A stretch of 64,000 bases of DNA from Dicyema japonicum (taxonomy: Eukaryota; Animalia; Dicyemida), in assembly GCA_011109175.1 (NCBI GenBank), contig RDEW01000002.1, forward strand, positions 1,120,676-1,184,675, given 5' to 3'. The translations under genes and the position numbers were made by a program. This document shows positions 1-12,771 of this stretch, piece by piece. The notes beneath the pieces were generated by a model. That model was not told the origin of the DNA. It saw nothing but the letters and a program-made list of their open reading frames with translations, and did not search any database. How positions within the stretch are numbered: position 1 is the stretch's first letter; each line of letters starts with the position of its first letter.

Positions 1-149
1 GTAACAGCATGATTTGTTCCCCAAGCAACATAAGTACAACTCATTATAGGTTCAATGTATTGTTAGTAAAGAACATCTAATCCACTGAGACCTCGGAGGT
101 TCATAAAAGAGCCCTAAAAGTAAAGCTTCTTCGCGCAAGCTGCTATCAC

Positions 150-860
150 ACTTTCGACATGAGGGGAAAAGTTAAATGCACGACGAAGGTTACACCCAAG
201 ATTTTCTGGGTCTTTTTCTGAGGGATTTTATTTCCATAGAGAGTGATGTCTATAATACACACTCTTAGTTGTGAACAAAGTCAAAACTTACTTTCCTGTA
301 CTTGCCTGTAACTGATTTTTGTCAAGTTATAAACTAAGATTGTCCAAACAATCCTATAATCTACATGCAGCATTTTTTCGATGCGCCCAATGTCGTCTGC
401 GTAGGAAAGCAGGATTTGGTTATCTCCATTTACCAGCGGTAGATCGTTCATTATTAAATAGGACATGAAATAGAAAAGATGTTGTGAAATCCCATCCGGT
501 AATTGCCTTGACATAGAACATCGGTTTCCATGATGCCTCTACCCCAACCTTCACTCAAAAAATTCCCCAACCATAGTTTCAAATTTGAATCATTATTCAG
601 GGAATTGATTTTTTGTGTAATAATTTTTCGCGAAACAGAATCAAAAGCCTCTGGATATCAATCGAGCAGACAATTGACTTTCTTGTTTGGGCTTTTTACA
701 TATGTCATCATAAATTTCTTTGTAGAAGTTAAACACGATGTAGTCGATAGTACTTTCTTAAAAACATTCTGAAATGTGAGGGGAATGAAGGGTGAATCCG
801 TCACAGAATCAAATTTCAAGAATTCTCAATTGGACACATAAAAGAAATATACCTCTTGGA
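150..860 (-). mobile_element. Degenerate non-LTR retrotransposon RT remnant
   Basis: Minus-strand fragments AFDSVSRKIITQKI, LKLWLGNFLS, LPDGISQ and LSYADD, broken by stops and frameshifts; same family as 2900-4384. Confidence 0.6.
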
Positions 861-971
861 GCCCTGGTTTTCTTTCGGTTTCTCCGATTATTATTAATTT
901 ATTTTATTTATTAATAAATTTAAAATAATTGGTTAATAATTCAAAATTATAAATTCTCGTCATCCTTGTTA

Positions 972-2423
972 ATGATTATATTAATAATAATTTCCCTCTC
1001 CATTTCAAAGCGAATTTTCTCAATTTGAAGTTGACGGTACTCCATATAGTCATTTATAAGATGTCAATTCACAAGTGGAAATCACAGGAACAACAGGAAA
1101 AGTGGAAAGCACTATTTATGAAAATGAGTCTGAGACTGTTCCCGAACTAGAGGAAAATGTAAATATACAATTAAGTGATAGTCCATAACCATAGAGGAGG
1201 ACAGTGACTATAATATAAATATGATAAAGTCAACGAAAGTAATATTATGAATTATTAGATACCACTCAATTGGGTTGATTATTATGTGGAAATTGGATTC
1301 ATTCTCTTCATGATCCTCTATTTGATTACATATATTAATGGACGAGGTAACAACAGGGACATTGCCAAGACCATCCTGGATGACTTTAGACCCATTTGTC
1401 AAAATAACTTTCTCCACGTGGGTCAGATTAGTTGTTTTACTATTTAGGGGAGAGTCTCAATGAGGAATGGACTCAGGAGAGCGAGAATGTATATTTACTG
1501 TGGTGTAGTGGACATGACTTTATAAATAAGTGTGTTGTCTACCTAGATTTACTTAAACGACACGATTTACTGTCCACAATAAAGCAGACTATTCGGCCTA
1601 CCAGGGAAGATTACATTGTATGTCCTCAGTTTATTAGAGACAATCCTTGGGAGTCTCACTGAAATGGATAAAATGGTGTTTTCTATATCAAGGAAAGACA
1701 AAATTACAGAAATGTCCAAGAAATATCCTGATTTAGTATTTTCCTGTTTTATTTAGGCTTTTTTCTGCAGTCTTAAAAATCACGACTTTATTCCCAACGA
1801 ATTTGCATGTCTCACTGAAAACAGCGGACTGATCCCCCTTATATTCGATCAAAATGTCATTTTTTAGTTAATCACAGATTTTGGCCTTGTTTAAGAGACT
1901 AAGTGAGTACGTGGTCTCTGTTCACGTTTCGAATCATTCTGTTGGGTATTCTAGTGATCTTAGGTTGTTTTGTCTGTTTATTAGATCGGGGACTAAGACT
2001 GTCTCTGAAATGGCGGATGTTTTGTCTCAGTCAGTGGAAAAGACGGTTTCTTTGACAGTAACAAGAAAAGGGGAGAACGAAATATCGTTAATTTTTGATT
2101 TGTTTGTTAAACTTTGTTGTAAAATTACTAAAACTAAGCTCAGCAAAGACGTATTATTTGTTTGATTATTGTAGTTGTTAGTGAAGGCGGACAAAAAGAG
2201 AGAAAGACTGGAGGAAGTGTTGATTAAGCAAAGCTACTCAAAACGTCAGGAGAATGACCAAAAGAGAAAGGACGAGCGTCGTCAAAGAGAATTGGAATCT
2301 ATTCATAATGACGGGAAGGCCTCAAAGAAGATGCAGGTTACTATGATTGGTTTATTATAGGAAAGGGATAAAAAGAAACAAATTCGTAAAAAACAGGGAA
2401 AAGTTTGTTTAGTACAATCATAA
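972..2423 (+). CDS. CCDC47: PAT complex subunit CCDC47, about 10 micro-introns
   Basis: Spliced product has a signal-like N-terminus, TM WVDYYVEIGFILFMILYLITYINGRGNN, then QESENVYLLWCSG...LDLLKRHDLL and KADKKRERLEE...KRQE, all matching CCDC47. Introns e.g. 1037-1060, 1159-1181, 1239-1258, 1618-1637; a few 1-nt indels needed. Confidence 0.88.
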
Positions 2424-2540
2424 TTATTATTACTCAAATTATAACTAAAATACTTTTTATTTGTTGTCTTTTATTATTGACCGTAGTTAGGATAATAAAT
2501 TTTGCTATGTAGTAATTGTTGAAGTTTTCTAGATTGTTTT

Positions 2541-2760
2541 GGCCTGCACCCTCTCTCCTGCAATTTCCCAGACAAATATCCTTGAACGAATTCGTTAGAC
2601 GAGCTTTACATGTTGCCGGAATCCTTCTATGCCTTTGCAGACGATACGGAAGACGACCGGATGTGATGACCATCTTCCCCTTTGAAACCAGGAAACTGTC
2701 ATGTGTTGGCTATTCGAACAGATTTCACTCGCAACCACGAAATAACCACTCAAAACTGAG
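2541..2760 (+). mobile_element. Degenerate CRE-type LINE fragment
   Basis: GLHPLSC...LNEFVRRAL...GRRPDVMTIFPF, homologous to 5751-6275. Confidence 0.65.
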
Positions 2761-2899
2761 CCTCAATTCTATTTTTTTTAAATAAATTTATTTATTCATT
2801 TTTTTTTATTAACAAAATTTTTTTCTTTTTTAAATAAATTAATTTATTCATTAACCCCGGATAAATTTGAGTAATCCATCTATGATTGTAAAAATAGGA

Positions 2900-4384
2900 T
2901 TTTTTATTTATTTTTATTTTATTAACCCCGAAATTACGAGATAAAGGATAAAAGTTATTGTCTCATTACGTGATCTCGGTGTCCATACCAGTCCTTTTCC
3001 TACAGTTAGTTTAATTACCACAACGGAGAAGGTTTCTTCTCATATCTCGGCAGGCGTCCATATATAGTTTGATGTGCGGCCCGAGGGGATGGTCAGGGAC
3101 TTTGCCACATTGAGGAAGTCCCGGTGACGTTCCGTAATGTATTCCATGAGTAGGGGGACGTTTAGTGTTCTCCGTAGTAACGACGTGGACGTCTTTTTCG
3201 ACGAACTAATAGTATTCAGAAATCGATTTTGTTAAACTCTAGATTGCTTTGTTTGTATAGAAGCTCTAACGATGGGCGGGAAGATATTGGAGAGTGAGTG
3301 AAAGCCTTGAGAATTCCAATTTTCTTTTGGATCCTCGCGGTTACTAGGTCCACTTGGTGAGTAAATGTGAGGAGGGGATTTAAGATGACTCCAAGGATCG
3401 AAAGCGTCTTCTTAATGGGAAGCGGGGAGTCATACAATTTTATTCGTGATGTCTCCCGTTTATCTTTTAGTGCAGTGATAAACGTCATTACATGTGACTT
3501 TCCTGGTGATATATTTAGACGGTTCTTCAGGAACCAAAGACTCATCAGGTTTAGTAGATCTTGCACGGACCGTATCACTTCCTCGATTCTTCGATATTTC
3601 ACTGCGACCACGAGATCATCCGCATACAATAGAAGAATTGTGTTTTTGGTTGGGGATGGTAAGTCACTGAGGAACATGTTGAAGAACATTGGTGACAACG
3701 GTAATCCTTGTGAAACTACATTTGGAAGGTATCGCCGTTTTGATTTTTGGTTGTTTGCCACCACTTGGCCTATTCGACCGTTGATGTAGTTAGCCAACCA
3801 TGACTTGAATTTACGGTGGATCGACGTCGTAAAAATTTTTGCTGTAAGGATCTTCCGGGATACTGAATCAAAAGCATTCTCTACATCCACTGAGACCAGC
3901 ACGGTTCTCTCGTGTGAATTTGGGGTATTCAGGTTGTCCGAAATGAATTGAACCAGTTTTGTTGGATGAGTTGTTGTTGAATGTCCTTCGCGGAATCCGT
4001 ACAAAAGATGGTAGAGTTATGAAAGGACGGTTCTTGAGAATGACAAGTTTTTCTAACACTCGTGATAAGGCCCAGATGATGGATACCGGGCGGTATGAGG
4101 ACGAGCAGTTTGGTGGTTTGTTTTTTTTCAGGATAGGGTGTATCAGAGATTTCTTCCATATTGACGGATTCTTGTTCTCGTTTATTGAGAGGTTGAAAAT
4201 TTGTGTTATTGCAACGGTCGCGGAAGGACCCATGTGTTTCAGTTCGAGAATGGAGATGTCATCTAAACCGCGGGACGACGAGTTATTCATTTTCCTGATT
4301 ACTGAGTGCACCATTGATGGGTCGAAGAAAGTCATGTTGGGACATTTATTCCTTCGACCATTGCCAGAACGAACATTCAGGTGA
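2900..4384 (-). mobile_element. APE-type LINE (I/Jockey/Ingi-like group), 5'-truncated RT and 3' end
   Basis: SYRPVS, YGFR, VDVENAFDSV, YADD, ILGVIL; ends in GATCACGTAA...CGGGGTTAATAAAA tail; near-identical to 15419-16311. Confidence 0.9.
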
Positions 4385-5695
4385 AATTACAAAAAAGTTA
4401 TTTAAAAATCATAATGCACGATCCTAGTTGGAAGCCAGTTATGATAACTACATACAAATCGTTCGTCTTCAATTTAAATTTACTTGCAAGGTAGCCTCAT
4501 GCATAGTGTAACTTATTAAGTACATTCGTTGACACTGCTATTATTACAGGAGGCGTTAACGAAATTGGAATTGTTGCATAACTCAGAGATCCTCGCGAAC
4601 GTGATTGGTTTTAAAGCGCCTGTGATGTTGACTATCACTCAATTAGTTTTTGAGCTCGATTTTTACCAATGTCTTTTTTGGAATAAAATATTGTGTCATT
4701 TGTTACAAATATTTGACGTTAATTTTATTTTGTCCTATTTCTTGTACTTTAATTTTTATATTTTATTGAGGACTTTTCAACCGGGATGGAATTGGAGGCC
4801 TTCGTGGATGATTATAAGGGAGTTATGACTGCATTCTAATTAGTGGTGACCTATCTTTGTTGGCGAAATGTCCATTTAACATCATGGCGAGCATGGACAG
4901 AGCGACAAACTCAGGAGGAACCAAAATATTGGATGAAAGAACTCAGAGATCATCTATTTGAATCCACGTGGCCAAAACACTAATACCAATTTATCGAAAT
5001 TCTAAGAAAACAAAAATGGTGGTATTTATCCCAAAGTCCCCCTAAGATCTCAACCACATCCTAATCCCTTCTGTTACTTACTAGAGAATGAACTGTGGTA
5101 AGAAACTAATAGTCCCCAAATTCCACCCCCTTCCTAGTTTAAGACAGAACAACTTATTCCAAATTGTGATCAAAGCTATTTAATTGTGTTAAGTCAACGA
5201 ATTTCTTTTTTGAAAAATTTAAGCATTTCAGGTTCAGTTCGTATCCCTGTGGTTGAGAATGTAATCAACCTTTGTATCCCTTGATCCTCTCCTTGTTGAT
5301 AAACCACAGACTGGATAACTCATGGATGCATAGACGAAAACATAATACTATCTTCTCGATACAGTTAACCTCTTAGATGATTACCCCAAATTTGGCGGAT
5401 GATTTAAAAAGTTTTGCAAAATCAAGTGACATTTACCTGCAACGGAAACATGATGGTTTGACTGGACAACTAATTCAATCAGATTTTACAAAATTTTATG
5501 AAAAAATATCTGATTTCTCCCTTCTTTGGACTTCCAACTTTCATTAATGATCTTTTCTATTCTTGAGCCTACAAAGGGAAGTAGCAAAAAGCCTTATAAT
5601 GAATATCACATTGAATAAATATATATTATTCTATTTGTTTTTAGGTTCGCCAGTCGTTAAATGTCTATTTTTATTTTAAATTAATGGAATTAATT

Positions 5696-6292
5696 TTTTT
5701 TTTTTTTCGACTGAAAATTTAATTGAAGAATTAAAACAATTAAACAAATATCAGTTGAGGAAGCCTGCTGCGTGGATTGCGAACGAGTTCCCTCGGAGTA
5801 TGGCTATTCCAATCTTTTGTCTTAGCCATAGCCCTTCTCGTTGATCCCTTTTCTTTCTGGCAAGCAATCCTCCGAGTTCTTGCAAGAATTCAGCCGTCAT
5901 TGGACCAACGGCTCCCGATGATTCGGTCGCAACAGGAGTAAATCGGTAGCGATCCCCGAGGCAAGAATATTTCTTGATTTTTAGGTTTTCCGCGGTCGAA
6001 GCAGCTGCTCCAGGTGTCTGAACAGATTTAAAAATGTTCGTGCTTGAGAACGTGTCTATGCAAGTTGCATCCCAGACCAAAGATCTTCCAGACGTGAAGG
6101 GGAAAAGGGTCATCCCGTCAGGTCTCTTCCCATCTCCTCGATCAAGACCCACTGGTTCAAGCTGTGCTGGGAAGCCTGAAGCCTTCAGAGCTCTGACGAT
6201 CACATCATTCAGAGCAGCATGACGTGGTCCCCTTCCGGCGCTTCTTCTGCAGGACAGCGGGTGCAATCCTTTCACATCGACTGTTTTCCCGC
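5696..6292 (-). mobile_element. CRE-clade (restriction-like endonuclease) LINE 3' end with poly(A) and TSD
   Basis: CGKTVDVKGLHPLSC knuckle, RH, KRPDG...WDATC...KKY...ESSG; poly(T) from 5696; TSD ATGGAATTAATT at 5684-5695 and 6293-6304. Confidence 0.9.
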
Positions 6293-6609
6293 ATGGAATT
6301 AATTAAGATAATTAATTGTCGTATGTCATAAGAACCCAGGGCGTTGATACTGTCCGTGTTGATGAGACAAATTTATAACTTGAAAACATTAACAACCACT
6401 AAGTTTTGTCTCAAGAAAAACAAAATAGAGAGAAGTTAAATCCCCAAGGAAAATAGAAAAGTAAAATCCCGGAGTAAAGTAGAGATGTTAAATCCTCAAG
6501 GAAAAGAACCGAGATATAGGTTACTTTAAAGCAAATTCGCCAAAACCGAAACCAATTTATTCAACAGTAAATAAAGTCTTCGATGCACCCCGTCTCCATT
6601 TAGTCTCCT

Positions 6610-7580
6610 TTTATCGTCGGATCCCATCGATCCTTTTCTCTACAATATATTTGCTCGGTGTTAGAATCTTGTCTTCTTCAGTACTGAGAACATCAAAAAA
6701 CCTTTTCCCCAAAGCCAACTTTATTGCCGACCTTCTGGTTTTTTCCATAAGTAACATAATTCTTTCTCTTTGGCAAGAGAAATACCGTGCTTCGCATCCA
6801 TATAGCAGCTCCGGAAGAATGATTCTCATGAAGATGAACAAGAAGGTTTCCAGGCTTACAAACAACTTTCTTGTACATAAATGTGCTCTTCGTCTAATGT
6901 CCTCCATGAAGGAAGCTATCCCGTCGATTACTATCCCGAGGTAGCGCAGTGAATTTAAGAATGTCAAGTGAGTAAGGCTGCGTATGATGCCTCCTTAGGC
7001 GACTGACTCTTAAATAGCTGGACTTCTCAGTAGACAGTTTGACCCTTTGCACGTTTAATCGCTTTATTGAATCAAAATAAATTTTTTGTTTTTTGAGGGA
7101 ACAAGAGACAGATCTTTCGAAGCAAAACTTAGTTAATGTTTTCAAATGATAAATTTGTCTTATCAACCCGGACAGTATCAACAACCCGGACACTATCACA
7201 TACGACATTAATTAACAGGGCCATCCTTCCAAAGTGGACCCCGCCGACATTATCGACGTTGCGTTGCCTCTCAATTGTTATGGACACCCAGGCTCAGTAG
7301 CAAAGTAGTGACTCGACTGTTTGCTTTAACGTCTGATCCAGGCTCAGTAGCAAATCTCGATGGCCGATGGACTGGGATCTCCGCAGAAGTATCCAATTTC
7401 GGCAAACATAAGCTTCTCCTCATGAGGAAAAAAGATTTGTGGGAGTATAGAATATATCTTTGGACTGAAAGTGTTTCCATAATTCTGCATTCTCGAGTGG
7501 GCATCCAAGAAAATAGATTAGTAATGTTTCTATTAGTTAAACCTCAGCTAGACAGAACTCACACTTTAGTTAAAAAGTAA
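6610..7580 (-). mobile_element. Degenerate LINE RT/thumb remnant
   Basis: LRYLGIVID and IILPELLYGCE motifs typical of the LINE ORF2 C-terminal region. Confidence 0.6.
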
Positions 7581-9549
7581 CAGCAGTCATGTTAACTATC
7601 CAAGACAATCTAGTAGTCTATCGGGATCCTATCCCACTCTTAGGCGTCTCACAATCGTTTAGAGGTCTCCAAGAAAGGCTGGAGGCAGGTCGTCACGGAA
7701 TCGAGGAGCGTTAAAGATGAAAAATTTTTCCTGGTCACTTTAACTGTTACCTCAAAATCCATTCTCTAAAATTTGTGATTTCGACCGAGATTGGATGAAA
7801 CTTCATCCTTTCGCCTAAAATTCAGTTTGCTATTCTTGAGGACCCACGGAACAACATTTTATGCCTCAACTTTAATATTTTTATCCAGAGACATCGGTCT
7901 GGAACATCGAATGAAATTTCTATCTTGCAAATGAATCCTTACTTTATGATTAATAAATGGAAAACGTTATAAGAGTGCATAAGCTAGTTTATGTGAGCAG
8001 TAAATTGGCTTTTGACATCCTCTTGTCGGGATTGGCAGATAACAAAAACATTGCAGCGCAAAATAGCTTTCATTCGAGTTTTTAATTCCTTTAAACATAA
8101 ATTTCCATTTTTTCACCACCTCTTTGATAAACAACATAATTGGGTAACTTGTCCATAATTCATTATTAAGATCAAACCATTTTGAAATATTTATGATGAA
8201 GCAAGTGAAATAACTCAAAATTTTATAATCATTATTTAAACCTCCCTATGCCTACCTATTATCCTTTGTTGTCATTGTAACTGGTTCTGTAAATCATTTT
8301 TTATATTTAAAACCAATAAGGAATAGAATTAATATATTATTCAATAAAATTGAATAAATAAATGTGTTGGCCTCGTGACGCTATTTGGTGCTGTGTGGCT
8401 AGTTGGTAAAAAAAAATTTTCATCTCTCCGACGGCGTTATTGAATCGACCTTACTGAAAAGACGCCTAATGCTTGGCGGACATAAAGAGGATTCAACTAT
8501 TTTTTCTTCGTGAGAGAATTTCGTTACGTGGAAATAAGTTCTGGGACGATGGAACGAGTGAGGATCAAGGACTTTGTTAGTTTGGTTACCCTTGGTCTTT
8601 GTATAATTTTAAATTGAATAAATTAACTAATTTTTATTTCTAACCAAAATCCTCATATTCCATAGTCATATAGCGTAGATAAACCACGCCTGCTACACAT
8701 GCCAAGCACGTTGTATAGGTGTCCCATGCCATTACACACTGAAATAATATTTATAATTACATATTCGATCTGTTGATTCGTAGTTTTTCCTAATTATATT
8801 AATATCAAACAAATACATTCCATTATTACTTATATCTATATAATCCTCATTAACAGGTTTAAATCTAAACTAAATATAATTCTATACGCTTTTGGTTTGC
8901 TAAACGGATCAATACATAATACAATAATACTAATTTAATATTAAAAATACCCTTTTAATCGAACATAATCAGAAACAACTACCCTAAAAGATTGTATAAT
9001 GGAATCAAATGGGAAAATACTATAAATTATTAATATAACTTACACATGTTGTAGATTTGTCAGTGTTTCTGCAAAATCAAGAGGTATAAATATAAGTTTG
9101 TAACAAGTTTTGAAATATCTATCAATTAAAATGTATAAAACATTGTTTTAATTGAAATGGGAAAGTATTTGATTCAAAAGTTGTAATATTGTGATCGTGT
9201 TCGCAATAACTATATGTGATTTAAATTATAATACAAAGTTATAACATTCATTTTATTAAATGATAAAACATCTCCGGAAAGTATAGTAATGTTTCGCACT
9301 AAAAGATATCGTACCTCGAATGGGTAGATCAATTCAGGATTTTTGCCAAGTTGACAGTTAATCCATTCTCTGTAATAATAAATAATATTAAATAATACAA
9401 TAAATAAGTATCAGTATCGTATGTTAAATTGTTACATTCCCTGATCATAGTGGAGTAATAAACCATTGTTGTGAAGATAACGGAATAGTACATGAGAATT
9501 ATTACATCAATCTACGAGTTGTGTTATAAACCTATTAATTAATTCATAT

Positions 9550-10790
9550 TTCACCGTCCATAGCGTCGACACGCCATCGATCTTAGCGTTTTCAAAATGT
9601 GGCGCAAGAGTTTTTGTGACATAGTCGTCCAACTACTCCATTTGAGTCTGTTATTAGTTCGTATAAGCTTAGATAATTTGGTATTCGCTGAATGTATATA
9701 ATAAAAGGAGTTATTGGACTGTGTTCTTTTTCTCGTCAGCGCATCTCTTTTCTTGACGAGTGACACAATTTGCGATGATAATATTGGATTGAACTTCTTG
9801 CGACAGGCAGAAATAGTTTATCAGCTTTCAAAATGATAGCAGAGAGAATCTTGACCGTCTTCTCTACTGTACAATTAACCATAATGAGGTCAAGCAGACT
9901 ATTGTCCACATACGCCCTGAAACCTTGCCAGTCAGCCTTTAAATAATTTTTTAACTTTGTAGAACGACACAGTGAACAAATAGGTCTTCTAAGTCTCAAC
10001 ACAATGGGGTTATGGTCGATTGAGGAACCATAACGAACATTCCATGAAATACATCCAGCCATAGAAGGAAAGCAGAGAGACAGGATGTTGGACTGTCCCT
10101 TCTGCGGGTCTGACTCCTTGTGTGAGCTTCCGGGTCATTGAGGATAGTCAAATCATTAAGTAAGGATGTACTCGCCGCGACTGTTGGCTGATTGTGTCCG
10201 GAGCCAGAGTGAATGTTTGGTATTTAGGTCGCCGCATAATACCAGATCTTTCAGTTCAAAAAAATTTCTATAAGTTTTGAACATACTTTGGAATAAGGGA
10301 AGTCGACGAACTCTGAGGTGGAATATAAATATTACAGTGTAAAACGTCTTGAGGATGAGAAAGGAACTTCGATGAAGATTTGTTCCAGAATAGGGTCTCA
10401 TTCGCAAAGAGAAGATATAAACGGGGTGACATCGGTGAACAAAAGACCCGGCTTAACAAACGTCAATAATCCTCCGCCGAGACTTCTTGTCCGGTCCTTT
10501 CGGAGTATATTGTAGCCAGGGAAGCGTGGGGTGGCGGCTGACGTGGAGAGTTTAGATTCCCTGAATAATAGCAATATCCACTTTCAAACGTTGCAGAATG
10601 ACCAGCGTGGAATCAGGACACGAGTTAGGTTTGATGTCGCCAGCCTGGAGTAGCAAATTGAAGTTGGTAGGCCACCCTTCCAAAAGACGTAGAGGGGTGG
10701 AGAACTTCAAACGGTTCTCTTTAGTGCATAACTTGCACCAGGCGCCACCACGACAACAGGTGAACCGCATGCCGCCACGCTAAAATTTTC
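9550..10790 (-). mobile_element. Decayed APE-LINE 5' half (Cys finger, 2A-like peptide, APE)
   Basis: CCRGGAWCKLC, TNFNLLLQAGDIKPNSCP, DIAIIQ, FPGYNILRKDR, GGGLLT, NIYIPP, GDLNTKH, DHNPI, KADWQGF. Confidence 0.78.
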
Positions 10791-11089
10791 TATAGTCGTT
10801 CAATTTCCCCTATCACCTTTTTCACTTTCATCCTCCGCTCATCGAGTGACACCACCATTTCCAGGAAGTCTCTTCGTTTGTGTTTTCACCCCAAGTCGAT
10901 TGGGGACTGATGTTTGAGGATAGATCGCCTATTTTCCGATTGTGACACTGATGTAAAATTTTATGTAGCTTCATTCTCTGAAAAAATATATAATCTTTTA
11001 ACTGTTCCTTCAAATTACAATGATACGTTTATTTGGGTTATGAATTATGTCGTTTACAAATAAATATTTTAAATTGGCAATGTCTGGTG

Positions 11090-12200
11090 GTGAAATGCTC
11101 CGTAATGTTGTAATGATATGTAATTTACACATAAATGGCATGGATTGCACTATCTTTCCATATCCAGGGATAAATCAACGTATACAATCTTTATCACGGA
11201 CAGAAAAGAAAAACATACACTGGATTTTAAAATTTATAGAATCTCCTTACCACTACAGATTCGTCCAATTATCCTGGGAGTGACATTTGACCCTTTGATG
11301 ACATTTTCTCAACATATGAAGAACGTTATGACAAAGGGTCTCAGGAAACTTAATATAATCAAACCGCTCTTGAAGTCCAGGCCGTCACAGGAATGCGCCC
11401 TCGTCGTGTTCAATCAACTCCTGAAACCGACGATTGAGTGTGCTTGTGCCTCATGGGCCTATGGAGCTTCGATTTCTAATTCACTCAAGATCAATTCCCT
11501 AATTGGCAAACTAGCACGTCTAACGAATCTACCCTCGATCTTTTCCCCCCAATGCTTGACCACGCCGCAATCAAAAACAATGGCTCCAGCTTCATCGGTC
11601 TGTGTGGCCAAGAAACAAGTCGTTTCTTCCATTCAAGGCTAGTGGCCTCAAATGCACGAAATTTGGGGAAAAAACCCACCCCTCTTCAAACTCTAATGAA
11701 AGATGATCGTCGTCTATTCAGGAAAGCCGTGGGTACTCTAAAGGAACACAGGAAAAACCTCTCGATCCTGTTGAGGCGTACCGGATCACTTAATTAATTG
11801 GTTTACTCCTTCTTTCTTGGTGTTCTTTTTTCGGGGTTATTAAATAATAATAATCACTATCGGCACAGAGCAAGCTGGAAGTGTTACAAAACCACTGTAT
11901 CAGAATACTATTGAGATCGTCGAAAGACGTCCATTTCGTTACTAAAGAGAAAGCTAATCGTCCCCCATTCATAGAATACCTTATGGAACGGCACAGGGAC
12001 TTCCTTAATATGGCAAAATCCCCTGACCATCCTCTCGGGTCGGACATCAAACTATATATGGGCGCCTGCCCAAGATACGAGAAGAAACCTTCCCCGTTGT
12101 GAAGATTAATCCAGGACTCCAAAATTAACCGCAGTAAAAGAACTTGTATGGACACCGGGATCACTTAATTAGACAACTCTTGTCCTCTTTCTTTTAAGAA
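11090..12200 (+). mobile_element. Two adjacent APE-LINE 3'-end fragments
   Basis: ILGVTFDPLMTF and KPTIECACASW with tail GGGGTTATTAAATAATAA near 11835; second fragment EYLMERHRDFL...DTGIT-stop to about 12170. Confidence 0.75.
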
Positions 12201-12771
12201 TAGCAAAATCCTTCCGATGGCAAACAATTCCATCCAGAACCAACAGAAAGGGAAGAAAATGCCCAGTATTTGAAGTCATGGAAACTCCCACGGTAACGTG
12301 AGGGAGAGCAAGTAATCTTTTTTGTGCCACCATGAACTGAGCGCCACCTGAGACAAATGAATGACATGACGTCACTCTAGGAGAACAAAGAAGAAAAGAA
12401 ACAGAAGAAAGAGAAATCATCAACCAAGAAGCATATGGCACTTACTTTTCTGGAATGTTCAATATCGAGTCAAAATAATTTATTCTCAGTTTTTGTACAT
12501 CCATCTCCCAAAGTCATCATTTGTGTCAATCAAGATTTTATAAAATCATTAATTGATCGGAAACTTGATATGATGACGTTGTTCTGCTTACGAAATGTCT
12601 TTAGGTTCTCAAAATTGATGTGACCCTTTGTCCCTCGTGTTAAGGCATCTAATATACAAAATTCAAAACTAGTAACCGTCGTACACACAAATGTCCCGTT
12701 GCGAATCTCGATAACCTCGAATTAGAGAAAATTGAGCAAGATCATCTGTTGAGGAGAAAAAAGGGATAACC

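Noticed and set aside
6297-6306. TTAATTAA-like words at many junctions as a recombination or elimination signal
   Set aside because: Expected in AT-rich DNA; several are LINE stop-codon context
8600-9500. CR1-like RT remnant
   Set aside because: Only an LDFA-like trace; too decayed to delimit
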